From positions 17,670,001 to 17,734,000 of the forward strand of contig CAIIXF020000001.1 of NCBI GenBank assembly GCA_903813345.2: 64,000 bases of DNA, written 5' to 3'. Position 1 is the stretch's first letter. The number at the start of each line of letters is the position of its first letter. Of this stretch, positions 38,934-51,281 are shown one piece after another. A program made the translations under genes and the position numbers. This DNA comes from Owenia fusiformis. Its lineage: Eukaryota. A model generated the notes under the pieces. That model was not told the origin of the DNA and did not search any database. It worked only from the letters and a program-made list of their open reading frames with translations.

Positions 38934-40894
38934 TCAAGGGCGTTACAATACCCGGGAATTTATCGGTTCGTGCAGTACTTGTTTGTGATAGCGCCCTCTG
39001 TAGGTCACTGTGCTTATAGCCTACAGTAATACGGGGTAGGATATCGGGAATTCGGTCAGTTTCTATCCGTCGATTTCGCTATGAATTGAAGCAAGTGTGA
39101 CCACTTTATCCACTTAACTAATTTGATAATTGATTAAATCTTTAAACAAAATCGATAAACACGTTATACACTTCCTATCTCCTTAAAAATTAGCATGTAT
39201 TTATGGATTGTGTTTTCGAACAAGGCTCGACCCACACCAATAGGGAAATCCTTATGCTAATTAGTATGACGTCATATTTTCCTGGGGAATCCTAGATTTC
39301 AAAGCCTCAGTCTGTTATTGTGTCAAATGTAAACGCTCTTTTGCAGACAGAAAATTGACAGATTAGCTTTTAACTTTCAGCCTTGATGTTTAAATATTCT
39401 GTATTTCTACCGGATCCTTGCTGAATATCATATAATGTTACTTGATTTGGACCATTGCCTGATTGATCATTCTGAAATTTTGATTGTGATTCATGACTGA
39501 TTGGCAAGAAAAATAATTCCTATTGTTTTCCAGCGAAGTCAAAATGTTACAGCATGAGTTATAATGTCGAGTTTGCATCATGTTAAATTCTGCTAGTGAT
39601 TAGAAGTCCATGCACAAGCATACACATAAGAGACAAACACACCCAGGCTCCAGGCCGTGGATGGAAATATAAAACTATTTAAGGCACAAACTGGTATTAA
39701 TAGACCGATATGTAGTGTCTGCCATGTATTGAAGGTAAACCAATCTGCATTATTAATGTTTCATCTATCAATACATGGATTGTGCAATGGAAAAGCAATG
39801 GCACAATCAAAAATGTGCATATCAATCGTGAATATCTCTCGGTTCAAAGCTTATTTCCAACAGAATCGTGTCAAAATATGTGTCTGAGTAACAGTTATAC
39901 GTTATAAAATTGCAAACTCTTACCAATTATCAGCCGAATGGCTCATTTTCAACGAAATGTCCTTAAGACAGCAGCCCTGGGTCGCGCCTGAGACCAAAAA
40001 CTATTTCAAATAGCCCTCCCCTAATTATATTGGATAATCACATTTATGCGTGCGCGCGCAGCTCATCCACTGAACGAAACGCCACTTCCCGCTGAAATCA
40101 CCGGGTATTGATCTTTCCCTTGGGTGAATCTGTCATACACCGTAAGTAAATATGCCATATTTGTTGCGGAATATGACATATTTTTGTATCGTGTTACCGC
40201 GTAACAATTGTGTTCGTTTTAGTATGGCTGGACTTCCGGTTGATAATAGTTTTTGTTTTCACGATTTTTATCATCTTGAAAGTTTTTTTGATGGTGTTAT
40301 CTCGTTCACGCCATGTGCCTTGTTAATTGATCTTATAAAAAAGAATGTTTCATTTTTTGTTTCGGGAGCAGTTTTGTATTTCATATTTGAAACTGCTCCC
40401 TAAAATTTGGATAATTTTGACATTATTTTTCATAAAAAGATTTTAAAAAACGAATACATCTAAATGTCATTAATACTTTCAGAGTTATGCTGATCATTAT
40501 ATGTCACTTTATCGTGCCAATGAAAGTAAAAAAGAAATGGTACATTTAATTGAGAGTATGATAAATTGGTTTAAAGAAAGCTTTTTGAGGCTTTGATTTG
40601 AACAGCTAAACTGATTTAATTTTACAGTGCTAGAGTGTGATAGGTGTTAGTGATGTGTCGATTGCCAGTGTGGTGTGGGTCAAGGTGCAAGAATTTAGTC
40701 ATATGTAGCATGTCAATTTATTTATTTATTCCATTAATTAAAAAGGATACAACTGAGGTAAGTTACAAACGCTACGGTGTGGCTCACAATTCTGTTGGGC
40801 TATTTTGTGACTAAAATCACCATGTAATACTTTCTAAAATAGACCTACATGTAATATGATTGTTACGCTATGTAATTAAAAATGATTGATTCAA

Positions 40895-41600
40895 AGGAGT
40901 GGTATCGATCTGGTGAACTTTTTGAACACGCGTTTCTCTTACTATCAAAACATCCTGAAAAGTCTACACATCGTCGATTTATGGTCATATTTTGAATGAT
41001 AACATTATAATTTGAATTATGTATGCTTATTTTTCTCTATATTGTTTTAGAAAACACACCAGACACTTTTTTCGTTCTTGGTATCATATGTTCGGTATGA
41101 AATGAAACATCTATCCGAACCTCGTTGGAACAAAACGACTTAAACACAACGTGGTCTCTCAATATTGTAATTGTACAAAGGAAAGTTTGCTTCATTTTTA
41201 AAAAGTATCTTGCTAATGAAATAAAAGGTTTATCTATTTTGGGGGGTTTGTTTTAAGTTTTTGCATGCTTTTGGTAAATCAACCAAAATTACCTTTGTAT
41301 AACAATAGTATTGAGAGGTCTAAGAAAATGTTGTATATGCTATTTTGTTCCAACAAGGTTTGGAAAGACATTTTATTTCATTCTCAAGAATTGGTAGAAA
41401 GGAACAAATAAACAATTGCACTAAAAAAAACAATGTTAACAAAAACAGTTATATAGAATATATATTAATAATTTTTGCATTAAATTGTTGCCAATCAGTC
41501 AACGTTACATAAAGGATCGTGTTTTTTACAGAATGTTTTCAATAATTGGTTTTAGAGAAAAACATTGTTGAATTCAGTTCACCATATCGATACCTATCCT
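40895..41600. mobile_element. Foldback MITE of about 706 bp with Kolobok-like AGG...CCT termini
   Basis: AGGAGTGGTATCGATCTGGTGAAC versus GTTCACCATATCGATACCTATCCT; inner inverted segments (GTTGGAACAAAA / TTTTGTTCCAAC, CTCTCAATA / TATTGAGAG); flanks TCAA and TTAC resemble a decayed TTAA. Confidence 0.75.
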
Positions 41601-42077
41601 TTACGGTGTAGAGTTGAAACTCAACGTGCGTTCTTTTTAACTCACTGTGTTTGATTGATCAGTATACCAAATTAAGCGTGACACTTGAACGAGCGAGTAA
41701 GGTACAGCACGAGGGTGATGAAATTAAGCCAACTGATGTTTTCGTCGTTTCAGAAAGATCTGAGGTTTAGTTTTTAAATAGTTTCAAATGTAAATGTCTG
41801 TAATAATCGAAGCCGAAATGAAAATCGGAGCAAATGTGACCAAGGCATAACTTTCGATTCTGAGAAAAGCATTGCAATACTTTTTGACGAACAATGACTT
41901 GCGAACTAGTCGTAAGTTACGACGGTTTCAAAAAACGGACCCCTTTTTCGAACTCGATAGGCGAGTAATGACGGCTGATCTGTGACTTCATAGGGGTCAG
42001 GGTGGGAGTTTTGGACCGGGGAGATTGCAAATATAGAGGTGTTTAGCTGGAACCCTGCCATCTCACGAACTAATTCT

Positions 42078-42279
42078 GTCGTAAAAACTTGGCTTGTATT
42101 CGCGAATGCAACTTTCGGCTTTCGGCTACTGAATTAACCTACTATTTAATGGTCAAATGTTAAATATGAATAGCATAATGTAGCGGTTACTATTCCAGTC
42201 ATATTTAATTAAGTTGGTAATAGAATAGTAGGTTAATCCGGTAGCCGACAACCGAAAGTTGCATTTGGTCGTAAAAACT
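42078..42279. repeat. Short foldback (about 45-bp arms) between 12-bp direct repeats
   Basis: AATGCAACTTTCGG...AACCTACTATT (42105-42146) is inverted at about 42224-42265; GTCGTAAAAACT occurs at 42078 and 42268. Confidence 0.7.
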
Positions 42280-42523
42280 AAGATTATCAGAAAGATCTGA
42301 CTAAAAAGTTAGGTAAAGTGTCACGGAGGGGAGATCTGATAAATCTGAATACAGGTTCGTGACAAATGACAATGTACATTTTACCTACATTGTACATCTG
42401 GTTGAATTATCTAATCTCGCCTTCCTGATAGCTGGAAATATTTTTCAAATATCAGGATGTATTTTCATATGGACATGTAGACAAATGCGAACTGCAAACA
42501 TTGAATATTCTCATTTTGCCTAA

Positions 42524-42685
42524 AGCCTAGGTCACATTTGCTCTACGGCGACCGTAGGTTTAAAATATATGTAGAAAATTCACATCATAGGGCTTATCCC
42601 TATGTTTTATGCTACGTATAATTCTCTCAATCTTGTGAAGCAACGGGCGCCGTACGGTTGTTATAGATCAAATCTGACCGAGGCT
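42524..42685. mobile_element. PIF/Harbinger-like MITE (162 bp)
   Basis: TIR AGCCTAGGTCACATTTGCTCTA versus TAGATCAAATCTGACCGAGGCT; TAA/TTA flanks; a solo related end at about 41828-41850. Confidence 0.75.
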
Positions 42686-43448
42686 TTAGCAATGAAATTC
42701 CCTTTTCAACAATTTGAATTTGCGTCTTTGAAAGAGAGTATTTTATTTCCCCATTGCACTAAACACTGCCATTCAGTGTCATCAACATATTTAAAAACTT
42801 AAATATGTTCACTGATGTCCGAGAAGGCCACATGCAAATAATTAAAGAAGACAACAGAGATAAACAATTTCACAATTTTCCAATACACTCCAACCTTTAA
42901 CCCTTACGCAATTAAATGTAGGCAAAATCACTGAGGCTTTCAACCCCATATTGCGTTGAATCAGTGTGTCGGATGAAGATGGTCAACCAAGCGTTTATGT
43001 ATTTTATACTTAATACTGTAAATATAACAGTATAACATACATACAAATCATTTGATCATTTTAAGGGCGTAACACGGAAGGACTCGGGATAAATCATACC
43101 ACATGGAGAAAAGCTAAAGAATTGGGACTTTTACATGTGCAGTCAGCTGAGATGCTCTGGCCACGGTGTTCATTTGATGCAATTTTATGTTAAAAGCTTA
43201 AATGTGTCGAGTATCAAAATGAGTTTCAAGTTGAAACTCATCGTGGTAGCTTAGTGACGTTAAAGAAGAATCAGCAGTAGACATCACAATAACAGGTTCA
43301 TTGCGGATCGATTTAGCTCCCGATTTCCATCCGGATAGCTCGATTTTAGTGAGTTTCACCACAATTAATAAGTCTTTTTACAGGCTAAACTACAGAACAA
43401 CATATAGGCAGACATCAATCTCTTGTAGTATTTTATAAACTAGTTAAA

Positions 43449-44054
43449 ATGAATTATCGACCGATATTTCTGATTTTAATTGTTTTGGCTATATTCATTT
43501 GCTTCGTCATGTATACATCATCACTCTACAGAGCTGATGTCTCAGAGTATCTGATGAGAACACGTTTTTCTGACGTTGTGACTACCAATTCAGCTGTATT
43601 TCTACGTAATAAAACAGACGTGATACTTCCAACAAACAAAACAAATAAACTGACCATAAAAACTGAAGAAAGTTTAACAAAGAAATCAGATGTGATTATG
43701 ATATTACTATGGTCGAAATGTATGGGTCATGCATGCATGCCAGCTGGGATATATGGTGATGCTGATTTTAAATGTGAAGTAACCGAAGATCGTTCCAAAA
43801 TAAAGGAAGCTCAGGCTGTGATGTTCCATACGTGCATTTTGAGTAATGTGGCCGAGGTAGGACTTCCAACGTACCGATCGGCCAATCAGAAATGGATATT
43901 CAGATGTGCGGAGGCGCCAGCCAAAGGTGCCAAGTCCACGCGCAAGATACCTTTGAAATTCTTAGAGCTGCAAGACGCGTTAAAAGACGCGTTTAATTTT
44001 ACAATGACAACTAGGTTGGATTCTGATTATCACACCTATCATGGATTGTACAGT
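43449..44054 (+). CDS. Fucosyltransferase coding exon 1 (202 codons)
   Basis: ATG at 43449; donor AGT|GTAAGT at 44055, phase 0. A possible upstream acceptor (TTTTTACAG ending 43383) suggests a non-coding 5' exon further upstream. Confidence 0.9.
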
Positions 44055-47000
44055 GTAAGTAGTGTTGCTGTTAACATCGATCATATTTGGTCGTATAACA
44101 AAATTGATAGGGGTGACCAGTTATTGGGGTGTAAGACTATTAGAGTATTTGCGTTACGTTGAGTTTGCAATAAGATACACCGTAAATCGATTTTCTTCGC
44201 ATTTGAACACAGGGCTATATTGTAGTTGTCTTGAAGGTGCTTAGGGGTTTAAAGGGCTATATTGTAGTTGTCTTGAAGGTGCTTAGGGGTTTAACAGGGC
44301 TATATTGTAGTTGTCTTGAAGGTGCTTAGGGGTTTAACAGGGCTATATTGTAGTTGTCTTGAAGGTGCTTAGGGGTTTAACAAGGCTATATTGTAGTTGT
44401 CTTGAAGGTGCTTAGGGGTTTAACAGGGCTATATTGTAGTTGTCTTGAAGGTGCTTAGGGGTTTAGCAGGGCTATATTGTAGTTGTCTTGAAGGTGCTTA
44501 GGGGTTTAACAGGGCTATATTGTTGTTGTCTTGAATGTGCTAAAGGGTTCAACAGGGCTATATTGTTGTTTTCTTGAATGTGCTTAGGGGTTCAACAGGG
44601 CTATATTGTTGTTGTCTTGAATGTGCTTAAGGGTTCAACAGGGCTATATTGTTGTTGTCTTGAAGGATATGTTAAGTCATAGTTCATGGTATGACTCCGA
44701 AACGTGAAGAATCCGTTGCTCACTATAGCACAGCAACATTTGAAGCAATATTCAAGGAGGTACATACGAGTATGTCTTGATTTAAAAAACAAAAACATTA
44801 GCTCTTGCAAGGGGTCAAACAACAAATTGTTGCTTAAGGATTTAAGCCCTTGACTCACTGCGTTGTTTGCTGAATCTTACCATGAATGTGTTGTTTCCAA
44901 ATCTTTGCATGACCGCACAATGGGAATGCAAAGTTAAAGGGACACTTCGCGTATTTTCAATGTTTTTGGGCAAAATGAAGACTTTTATTTGAATTCTATA
45001 GAATATCCAATGTATTGATAAGAAATGTATCTTTCATTTGACACCATCAACAGCTCAAACGGGCCACATCAAACCTTACAATAATTAATCAAAAAAAACA
45101 TTTTCGATCTTTCAAGCTTTATATATCAAGTTTTTATCAATGTCATTAAAAGATGGCAAAGTTGTTTGTATTACATGATACATTCAAAGAGGAGGGAAAG
45201 CCCCAGAGTTTCGAGATGACAGACATAATTACCTCTCTTGCTTACCACCTTCGTTCGTTCGAATTTTCATCGGCTAGTTATCAAATACTACACTTCGATG
45301 GGATGTTATAATTGATATAGGCATATTCCGTACACCTTTCTTTATCTTGATGTGAAATGAGATGCTATGATATTGGTTAACACGCCAGAAATGAACATAA
45401 TATTATTCGAAGCGTATTCATTTTTATAGAAGTGTCGCCATCTTTTAAATCAAAAGTAATTAAAAACATGCACTTTGTTTAGCATGTGCATGCATGTCTA
45501 ATGATCTCTGGACTTCAAATGCTCTTTTCTATGTGAGTTATTTTTTCCTTGGTTCAATATTAAAGCAAATCAAACTTTGTTTCATATTTGAGCGAGTGTG
45601 TGAGTAATATGTTTCAATGATATTTCTTTTCTTTTTTCTTCTAAATTAAGTATAGTGGGCCTAAATAAAACGCCTGAGTGGAACTAACCATCTACAATTG
45701 GGTTTTGGGCTTAAATTCTTTTAACACAATGCAAAATATTTTCTACAAAATCATCTAAGATACAAAATCAATAAAAGAACATATTTTCAATGAAACTTTT
45801 TCCAAAGGTCAAGTATTGGCAAAGCTTCAATTTAAAACTCATCACCTTAACAACCATACAAAACAAATGCGTTATTGATTATTTCATGACTGCTGTCATG
45901 TGAACGTACTGTGTTCGGATTGGCTGGAATGGGACACACCTTGCCTAGCCAATTATATTTTATAAATCCTAAAACAAGCTATATTACTACGGAAAATATC
46001 ATTTTGTTGTTCAAAACAACTGTGTTACGATTTAAGAGTAGCCGAGATTTGTTCTTGCAAACGACATGATCAAAAAATATTTTTAACCAAATAGCGATGT
46101 TGAAATGCATCTGAATTGCTATTTCGAAAATAATTCCGACATTCCATTACAGGTTAATCCGGATCCTCCAAAGGTTCTGCCGGATTACGCACAGGGGAAG
46201 AGCAAGCCTGTGGCTTGGATAGCCTCTCACCACTGTGAGTCACAAAGCAGACGAGAGCTATATGTGCAAAGACTACGGGAGCATATTGAAGTAGATGCAT
46301 ACGGCGGCTGTGGGTGGCTTACATGTCCTGATCCAACGAACAGAGCTGTATGTCAGCGTCATGTCGGTATGTATTACTCATTTCGAGAGCCATGTTAGAT
46401 TTTGAAACTTATGGCTCTCGAACGGGGACATGGGACAGCTGAATAATAGTGACCTTTGAAACACGAATTGAGTCGATCAGCGCCGATCAGCGCCTTACTT
46501 TTGTTCTTTAACTATGTCATACATCATTTTCATCCTTCCGTGCAAGTATTGGAGCGCTGTAGTACTTCCTTTTCGACCAAGACTTGTAATTGTTAGTCGA
46601 GTGAAAGTTTCTTTTCTGCCCAATTCCAATATGGCGTTTTCTGCTCGGACATTTTCGTAAATCTCCGGAGGTTGTCCGAACCTAACTCATTCTCAAAATT
46701 CATTTCGTTCGTTGCGTATCTCGCTCCTAGCAGACCGCCATATTGTAAATGGGTCGAAAAAAACATCCACTCGACGAACAATTTACAAGTCTTGATCGAA
46801 AAAGAAGTATTTCAGCGCTCCAATACTTGCACGGATTGATGATACCGACGGAAGACACAGTTAGAGACCAAAAGTAAGCCACTGATCGACGCTGATCGAC
46901 TCAATTCGTGTTTCAAGGGTCACTATTATTCAGCTACCCAAATGCGCCGTGGGAAAGCTATTATATCAAAATCCACATAGCTTTCGCAGTAAGTAAGGTA

Positions 47001-48096
47001 TGTATTATTGTTTGTTTTAGTCTAGCTTTTATGAGCCTTCCGTCACTAGACACTTCCCCACAAGGTCTAGTATTCTTTTCGTTCAACAACTTAAACCAAG
47101 TCTTAATTATTTCCTATTGGTTCAACAAGTTTAAAGTTAATCCAGCTTATTCATTAATCTGACTTTTAATAGTTACTGCTGGGGCCGGATTAATGTAAGT
47201 TACATCCGAGGTATGTTTTTATAGGTCGCAACTTTTGGATTGATGGAAACCAATTTCCCTCAATAGTGCTACAGATACTTGACGATAATATAAAAACTAC
47301 TAAAATGAAACGATTCCACGTAACAATGTTTTATTTTGTAGCATTATTATGGTGAAATATAGATCGTCAAGCCTTTATAAAGAGGATTTTTCATTTTGAC
47401 ACAATTTTGCATTTTATTTGTGAAATTCCCAGATTTTCTTTTTGTTTAATAGAAAATTGATATCTTGATTTACCTATCAGATATTAGTATAAATCATGGC
47501 CTTATGGAATGTCCTGTAAATAAAGCATAACTAAACGGAAATATACTAGTATTAATAAGTATTTTTTTAATTCCACGATAGAAAATATTGAATCTACCAG
47601 GTTGGCAAGGGCCAAAGCAATTTTAAAACAAAACAATCAATTTCCAGGTGCAACGTACAAGTTCTACCTAGCGTTTGAAAATTCTGATTGTCGAGACTAC
47701 GTCACTGAGAAGGTATGGAAGAATTCATTTTTGATGAACACAGTTCCGATAGTGCGTGGATACTACAGCAATTTCAAGTCAATCCTACCACCAGGCTCAT
47801 ATATTCACACCAACGAGTTCCCAAATCCCAAAGCACTTGCGAAATACCTGAAATACTTGGACAAGAACCACACAGCTTATAATGAATACTTGATGAATAA
47901 TGAATACAAATGGAGGCTTACATACAAAATTGATAGTACATCTTCTAAAAGAAATTGGGGAAATGGTTTGTGCAGAAAATTACACGAAACGAAGGGACAA
48001 ACCAAAACATATAAAAATATTTGGAAAGAGTTTTACTCATTTGACAATAATTGCTACAATTATTATGATATTCCTCTCAACAAGTTTGACAAATAA
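43449..48096 (+). CDS. GT10-family alpha-1,3/4-fucosyltransferase, join(43449..44054,46153..46366,47648..48096), about 422 aa, type II Golgi membrane protein
   Basis: N-terminal TM helix (IFLILIVLAIFICFVMY), stem, ILLW, AVMFH, KWIF..E.P, FNFTMTTRLDSD, VAWIAS..C, VDAYGGCG and YKFYLAFENSDCRDYVTEK; GT-AG introns with compatible phases (0, 1). Confidence 0.93.
44208..44665. repeat. 43-bp intronic minisatellite, about 10.6 copies
   Basis: Unit ACAGGGCTATATTGTAGTTGTCTTGAAGGTGCTTAGGGGTTTA. Confidence 0.97.
46153..46366 (+). CDS. Fucosyltransferase coding exon 2 (214 nt)
   Basis: Acceptor CCATTACAG|GTT; encodes VNPDPP...VAWIASHHC...DAYGGCG...QRHV; donor G|GTATGT, phase 1. Confidence 0.92.
46432..46939. 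mobile_element. Foldback MITE in intron 2 with about 180-bp inverted arms
   Basis: AGCTGAATAATAGTGACC...ACACGAATTGAGTCGATCAGCG...CCGTGCAAGTATTGGAGCGCTG...CAAGACTTGTAA is mirrored at about 46760-46935; no TSD evident. Confidence 0.85.
47648..48096 (+). CDS. Fucosyltransferase coding exon 3 (GT10 signature, stop codon)
   Basis: Acceptor TTTCCAG|GT; YKFYLAFENSDCRDYVTEKVWKNSF...VPIVRG...PPGSYIH..F..PKALAKYL; TAA at 48094-48096. Confidence 0.94.
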
Positions 48097-48181
48097 GTTA
48101 AGACCTTACTTAAAGCACCTTACTTAATGTTCCAAACAATCGCATCAAATGTTCAACAAAATAATGAAAACAAGTTTACGG

Positions 48182-48187
48182 AATAAA
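48182..48187 (+). promoter_or_regulatory. Candidate polyadenylation signal of the fucosyltransferase gene
   Basis: First AATAAA about 85 nt after the stop codon; AT-rich background makes chance occurrence possible. Confidence 0.45.
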
Positions 48188-48363
48188 AAGCTATGACACA
48201 TGTTAACAATTGTATATTAGAGTAGGAGGGAAATTAGTGCAACAGATTTCAGACAGTCATATGTTTGGCTACTTTCTGAGGATTCAAACAGATGCATATG
48301 TCATATGCCAATGCATTACCTCCAGGAAAAGCACTTCTAGAGATGATAAAATAATTTCGACTT

Positions 48364-48573
48364 TGAGACTGGGCAGATGCAAACAACCCATCCACATGGA
48401 TATCTTTAAAATCCCTGTAGGAATTACTTATTTCTTAAAAGTGGTTAATTGTGTGTCAAAACACAACATATTGATGCAACAAAAATTAAAAAGCAGGGGT
48501 GGAAGGAGGTGGAAATCAGAACAAGATTTCAGAAAAAACATGTGGATGGGTTGTTTGCACCTCCCCTGTCTCA
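48364..48573. mobile_element. Small TIR element (210 bp, 35-bp TIRs)
   Basis: TGAGACTGGGCAGATGCAAACAACCCATCCACATG versus CATGTGGATGGGTTGTTTGCACCTCCCCTGTCTCA; no TSD seen. Confidence 0.7.
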
Positions 48574-48765
48574 GAGGCCTACCATATGGACCTGTTTGAG
48601 CCATATGCACCTTTTTGAGTCAGTCATGGTTTATGTTAAAGTAACACACAGACGATGTATCTATAATCTAAAACCCCAAAAAGCAATAGATGTGACTATA
48701 TGTTATATAGAAAGAGATGTAAAAATATATTATGGGCCAGAGATCAATAAAAAAAGACAATAATC

Positions 48766-48815
48766 TTTGCCATGACCGGGATTCGAACCACCAACTTTTA
48801 GTCGGACCGCTGCAC
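48766..48815 (-). mobile_element. tRNA-derived SINE head fragment
   Basis: Minus strand GGTGGTTCGAATCCCGGTCATGGCA has a Pol III B box / T-arm motif; no complete cloverleaf. Confidence 0.4.
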
Positions 48816-50327
48816 CAGATTAATAAAAATAGTCAACAACATGGTAATCATATACCGTCATGTCTTAATTTTAAATGTTATTTATTTTATTTTGAATATA
48901 GTTTCAAATATCAACGTATTGAAACTTCATCTTCAAGCTTTTAAAGAATGTTAACAAACATAAGGTCTACATGATGAATCAAATAAAATAATGCATGCAG
49001 TTGTCATATTCGAAAAAAGAAATAGTAGTCATGTGTCACTTATCCTAGATCGACGTATGACTAAGTCTTTCAGAGAGATACATTGCATATGGTAATCAGT
49101 GTATTCTGAAATTATTTCCACAAAAATGGAATACTAGAAGAATTATAAGACAAAAAAAGTAACATCAAGAAAAACGAAGATTTGTATCGTTCTTGTTTTA
49201 CCCAATATTTTGCCTACCACTTAAGTTTTCCTTGATATGGAACCAGTCCATTCAATTTTCTTTATTGGTCTCTAGTAGCAAATCCATCCCACTGCTTCAA
49301 TTTTACACAAGGCATTGACATGCAAAATGTTAACCACCAATCATAGTTACAACGCCACACCTGGTTTTCAATATAAATAGCATAATAGTAGGTGGGTTAA
49401 ATACATTTGAACTTCATTTTATGATGCAAATGTTCCATTTGGTATGGGAGTACCTTAGGGCAATAGAGATTGTAAGGAATAGATTGGTACGTCAATTGTA
49501 CATGTTGCTTGTAATTTTGTCACCCCCATAATTATAATCTGATTCTGCCTTTATACATGACAGTATAGAATGTGAATCTATCTTTCCATGTTCGTTTTGA
49601 CTCAGATACTCGTCATCCAAGAAATAACGGAGCCTCTTTAATAACTTGCAATTAATATGCACCTGCAATGGTAGTGCAACTTTAGTTGATGCAATGGACC
49701 ATACATAAGAGAGGAATGTGATAAATAGAAACCACCCAGGACAGACACTCCAGTGGTGAGAACGTGTCAGAAACCTTCTGGCGAGCGAAAATCTTATCTC
49801 CTCCCACCAAATCATACATATTGCCCCTGTTTTGGTCTTCCACTATTCCCCGGGTTAGTGTGTTATTAAGCTCCCCAACCAACTAACCAACCAATCAATT
49901 GCCTTAACCCAGGCCAGACAACAGTGATCAGCCACCACTCCCCGCACTTGCGAAGAAACGTGAAATTATCTAAGCTTGTATCTTGCTAGAGTCTTTCCTG
50001 GTAACACCGAGATCAGTACATACAGTAGAGACACTACAAAGTGTCTGAATACTGGCTTGATGGCAGTGACTGGATAGTAGGCCTTACCACGGTGTTACAG
50101 CATGACGGTTACGTTTTTGCGGTAACGATAGAAAAAAATGGCGGATGGGAAAGGCAGCATGTCCTCTTTCTCGCCTGTAGGCAATATTCACAGATGAGGT
50201 TTCCTTTTAATATGTAGATATTTATCTCTTGATAATTGTCTCTTGATAATTTGAGGAGATTTGTTTGTGTGTTAATCTGCTTGATTGCTTATTTGTTTTA
50301 TGTAGTGGTTCTTACTATAAAGCACGG

Positions 50328-50973
50328 TGGTCTGTCTGCCTGCCAACATGTCGTTCAGGCTGTAAGCCTGTCGTTCTGACTGCCAGCCTATCGGTCTGCC
50401 AGGCTGTCCGTCTGTCACCCTGTCGGTCTGCCAGCCTACCGGCATATCGGTCTGTCGTTCTGTCTGCCAGGCTGTCGTTCTGTCTGCCAGCCTGTCGGTC
50501 TGCCAGCCTGCCAACATGCCGGTCTGTCAGCCTGCCAGCCTGTTGTTCTGTCTGCCAGCCTGTGGTTCTGTCTGCCAGCATGTCGTTCTGTCTGCCAGCC
50601 TGTCGGTCTGTCAGCCTGCCAACATGCCGGTCTGTCAGCCTGCCAGCCTGTTGTTCTGTCTGCCAGCCTGTGGTTCTGTCTGCCAGGCTGTCGTTCTGTC
50701 TGCCAGCCTGTCGGTCTGCCAGCCTGCCAACATGCCGGTCTGTCAGCCTGTCAGCCTGTTGTTCTGTCTGCCAGCCTGTGGTTCTGTCTGCCAGCATGTC
50801 GTTCTGTCTGCCAGCCTGTCGGTCTGTCAGCCTGCCGACATGCCGGTCTGTCAGCCTGCCAGCCTGTTGTTCTGTCTGCCAGCATGGTTCTGTCTGCCAG
50901 CATGTCGTTCTGTCTGCCAGCCTGTCGGACTGCCAGCCTGTCGGTCTGCCAACCTGCCGGTCTGTCATGATCA

Positions 50974-51012
<39 letters not shown>

Positions 51013-51093
51013 CGTCCGTCCGTCCGTCCGTCCGTCCGTCCGTCTGTCCGCCCGCCCGCCCGCCCGCCTACCCGCCCGCCCGCCTGTCTGTCT
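50328..51093. repeat. GC-rich compound repeat: 108-bp minisatellite made of 24- and 20-bp subunits, followed by (TCTG)n(TCCG)n(CCCG)n microsatellite
   Basis: 36-codon periodicity in the overlapping spurious ORFs; pure tetranucleotide tracts at about 50974-51092. Confidence 0.95.
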
Positions 51094-51281
51094 ACAGTAG
51101 GTCAGCCTACTTTTTTTCGTTCATGAAGTATTATCTTTCTCAATCCTAAGTTTCGGGCTCAAACAAATTTGAAAAATTTGGATTTTTTTGTTTTATTTTA
51201 AATTTTTTCAAAAAATAATTTGAAAGAAATTAAAAGAAAAAAAATGCGACAAAAATTTGAACAAAAAAAGAATTTTGATTA

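Noticed and set aside
39222-39989. Possible TIR pair AGGCTCGACCCA / TGGGTCGCGCCT
   Set aside because: Only 11/12 bp, with no TSD or further symmetry.
44212-44640. Interstitial telomere
   Set aside because: TTAGGG occurs once per 43-bp unit, never in tandem.
48766-48815. tRNA gene
   Set aside because: Only a T-arm/B-box-like motif; no acceptor stem or D arm could be folded.
50265-51149. Cys-rich 294-aa, 217-aa and 194-aa ORFs (keratin-associated or metallothionein-like appearance)
   Set aside because: Open in several frames and on both strands because the repeat lacks stop codons; an artefact of low complexity.
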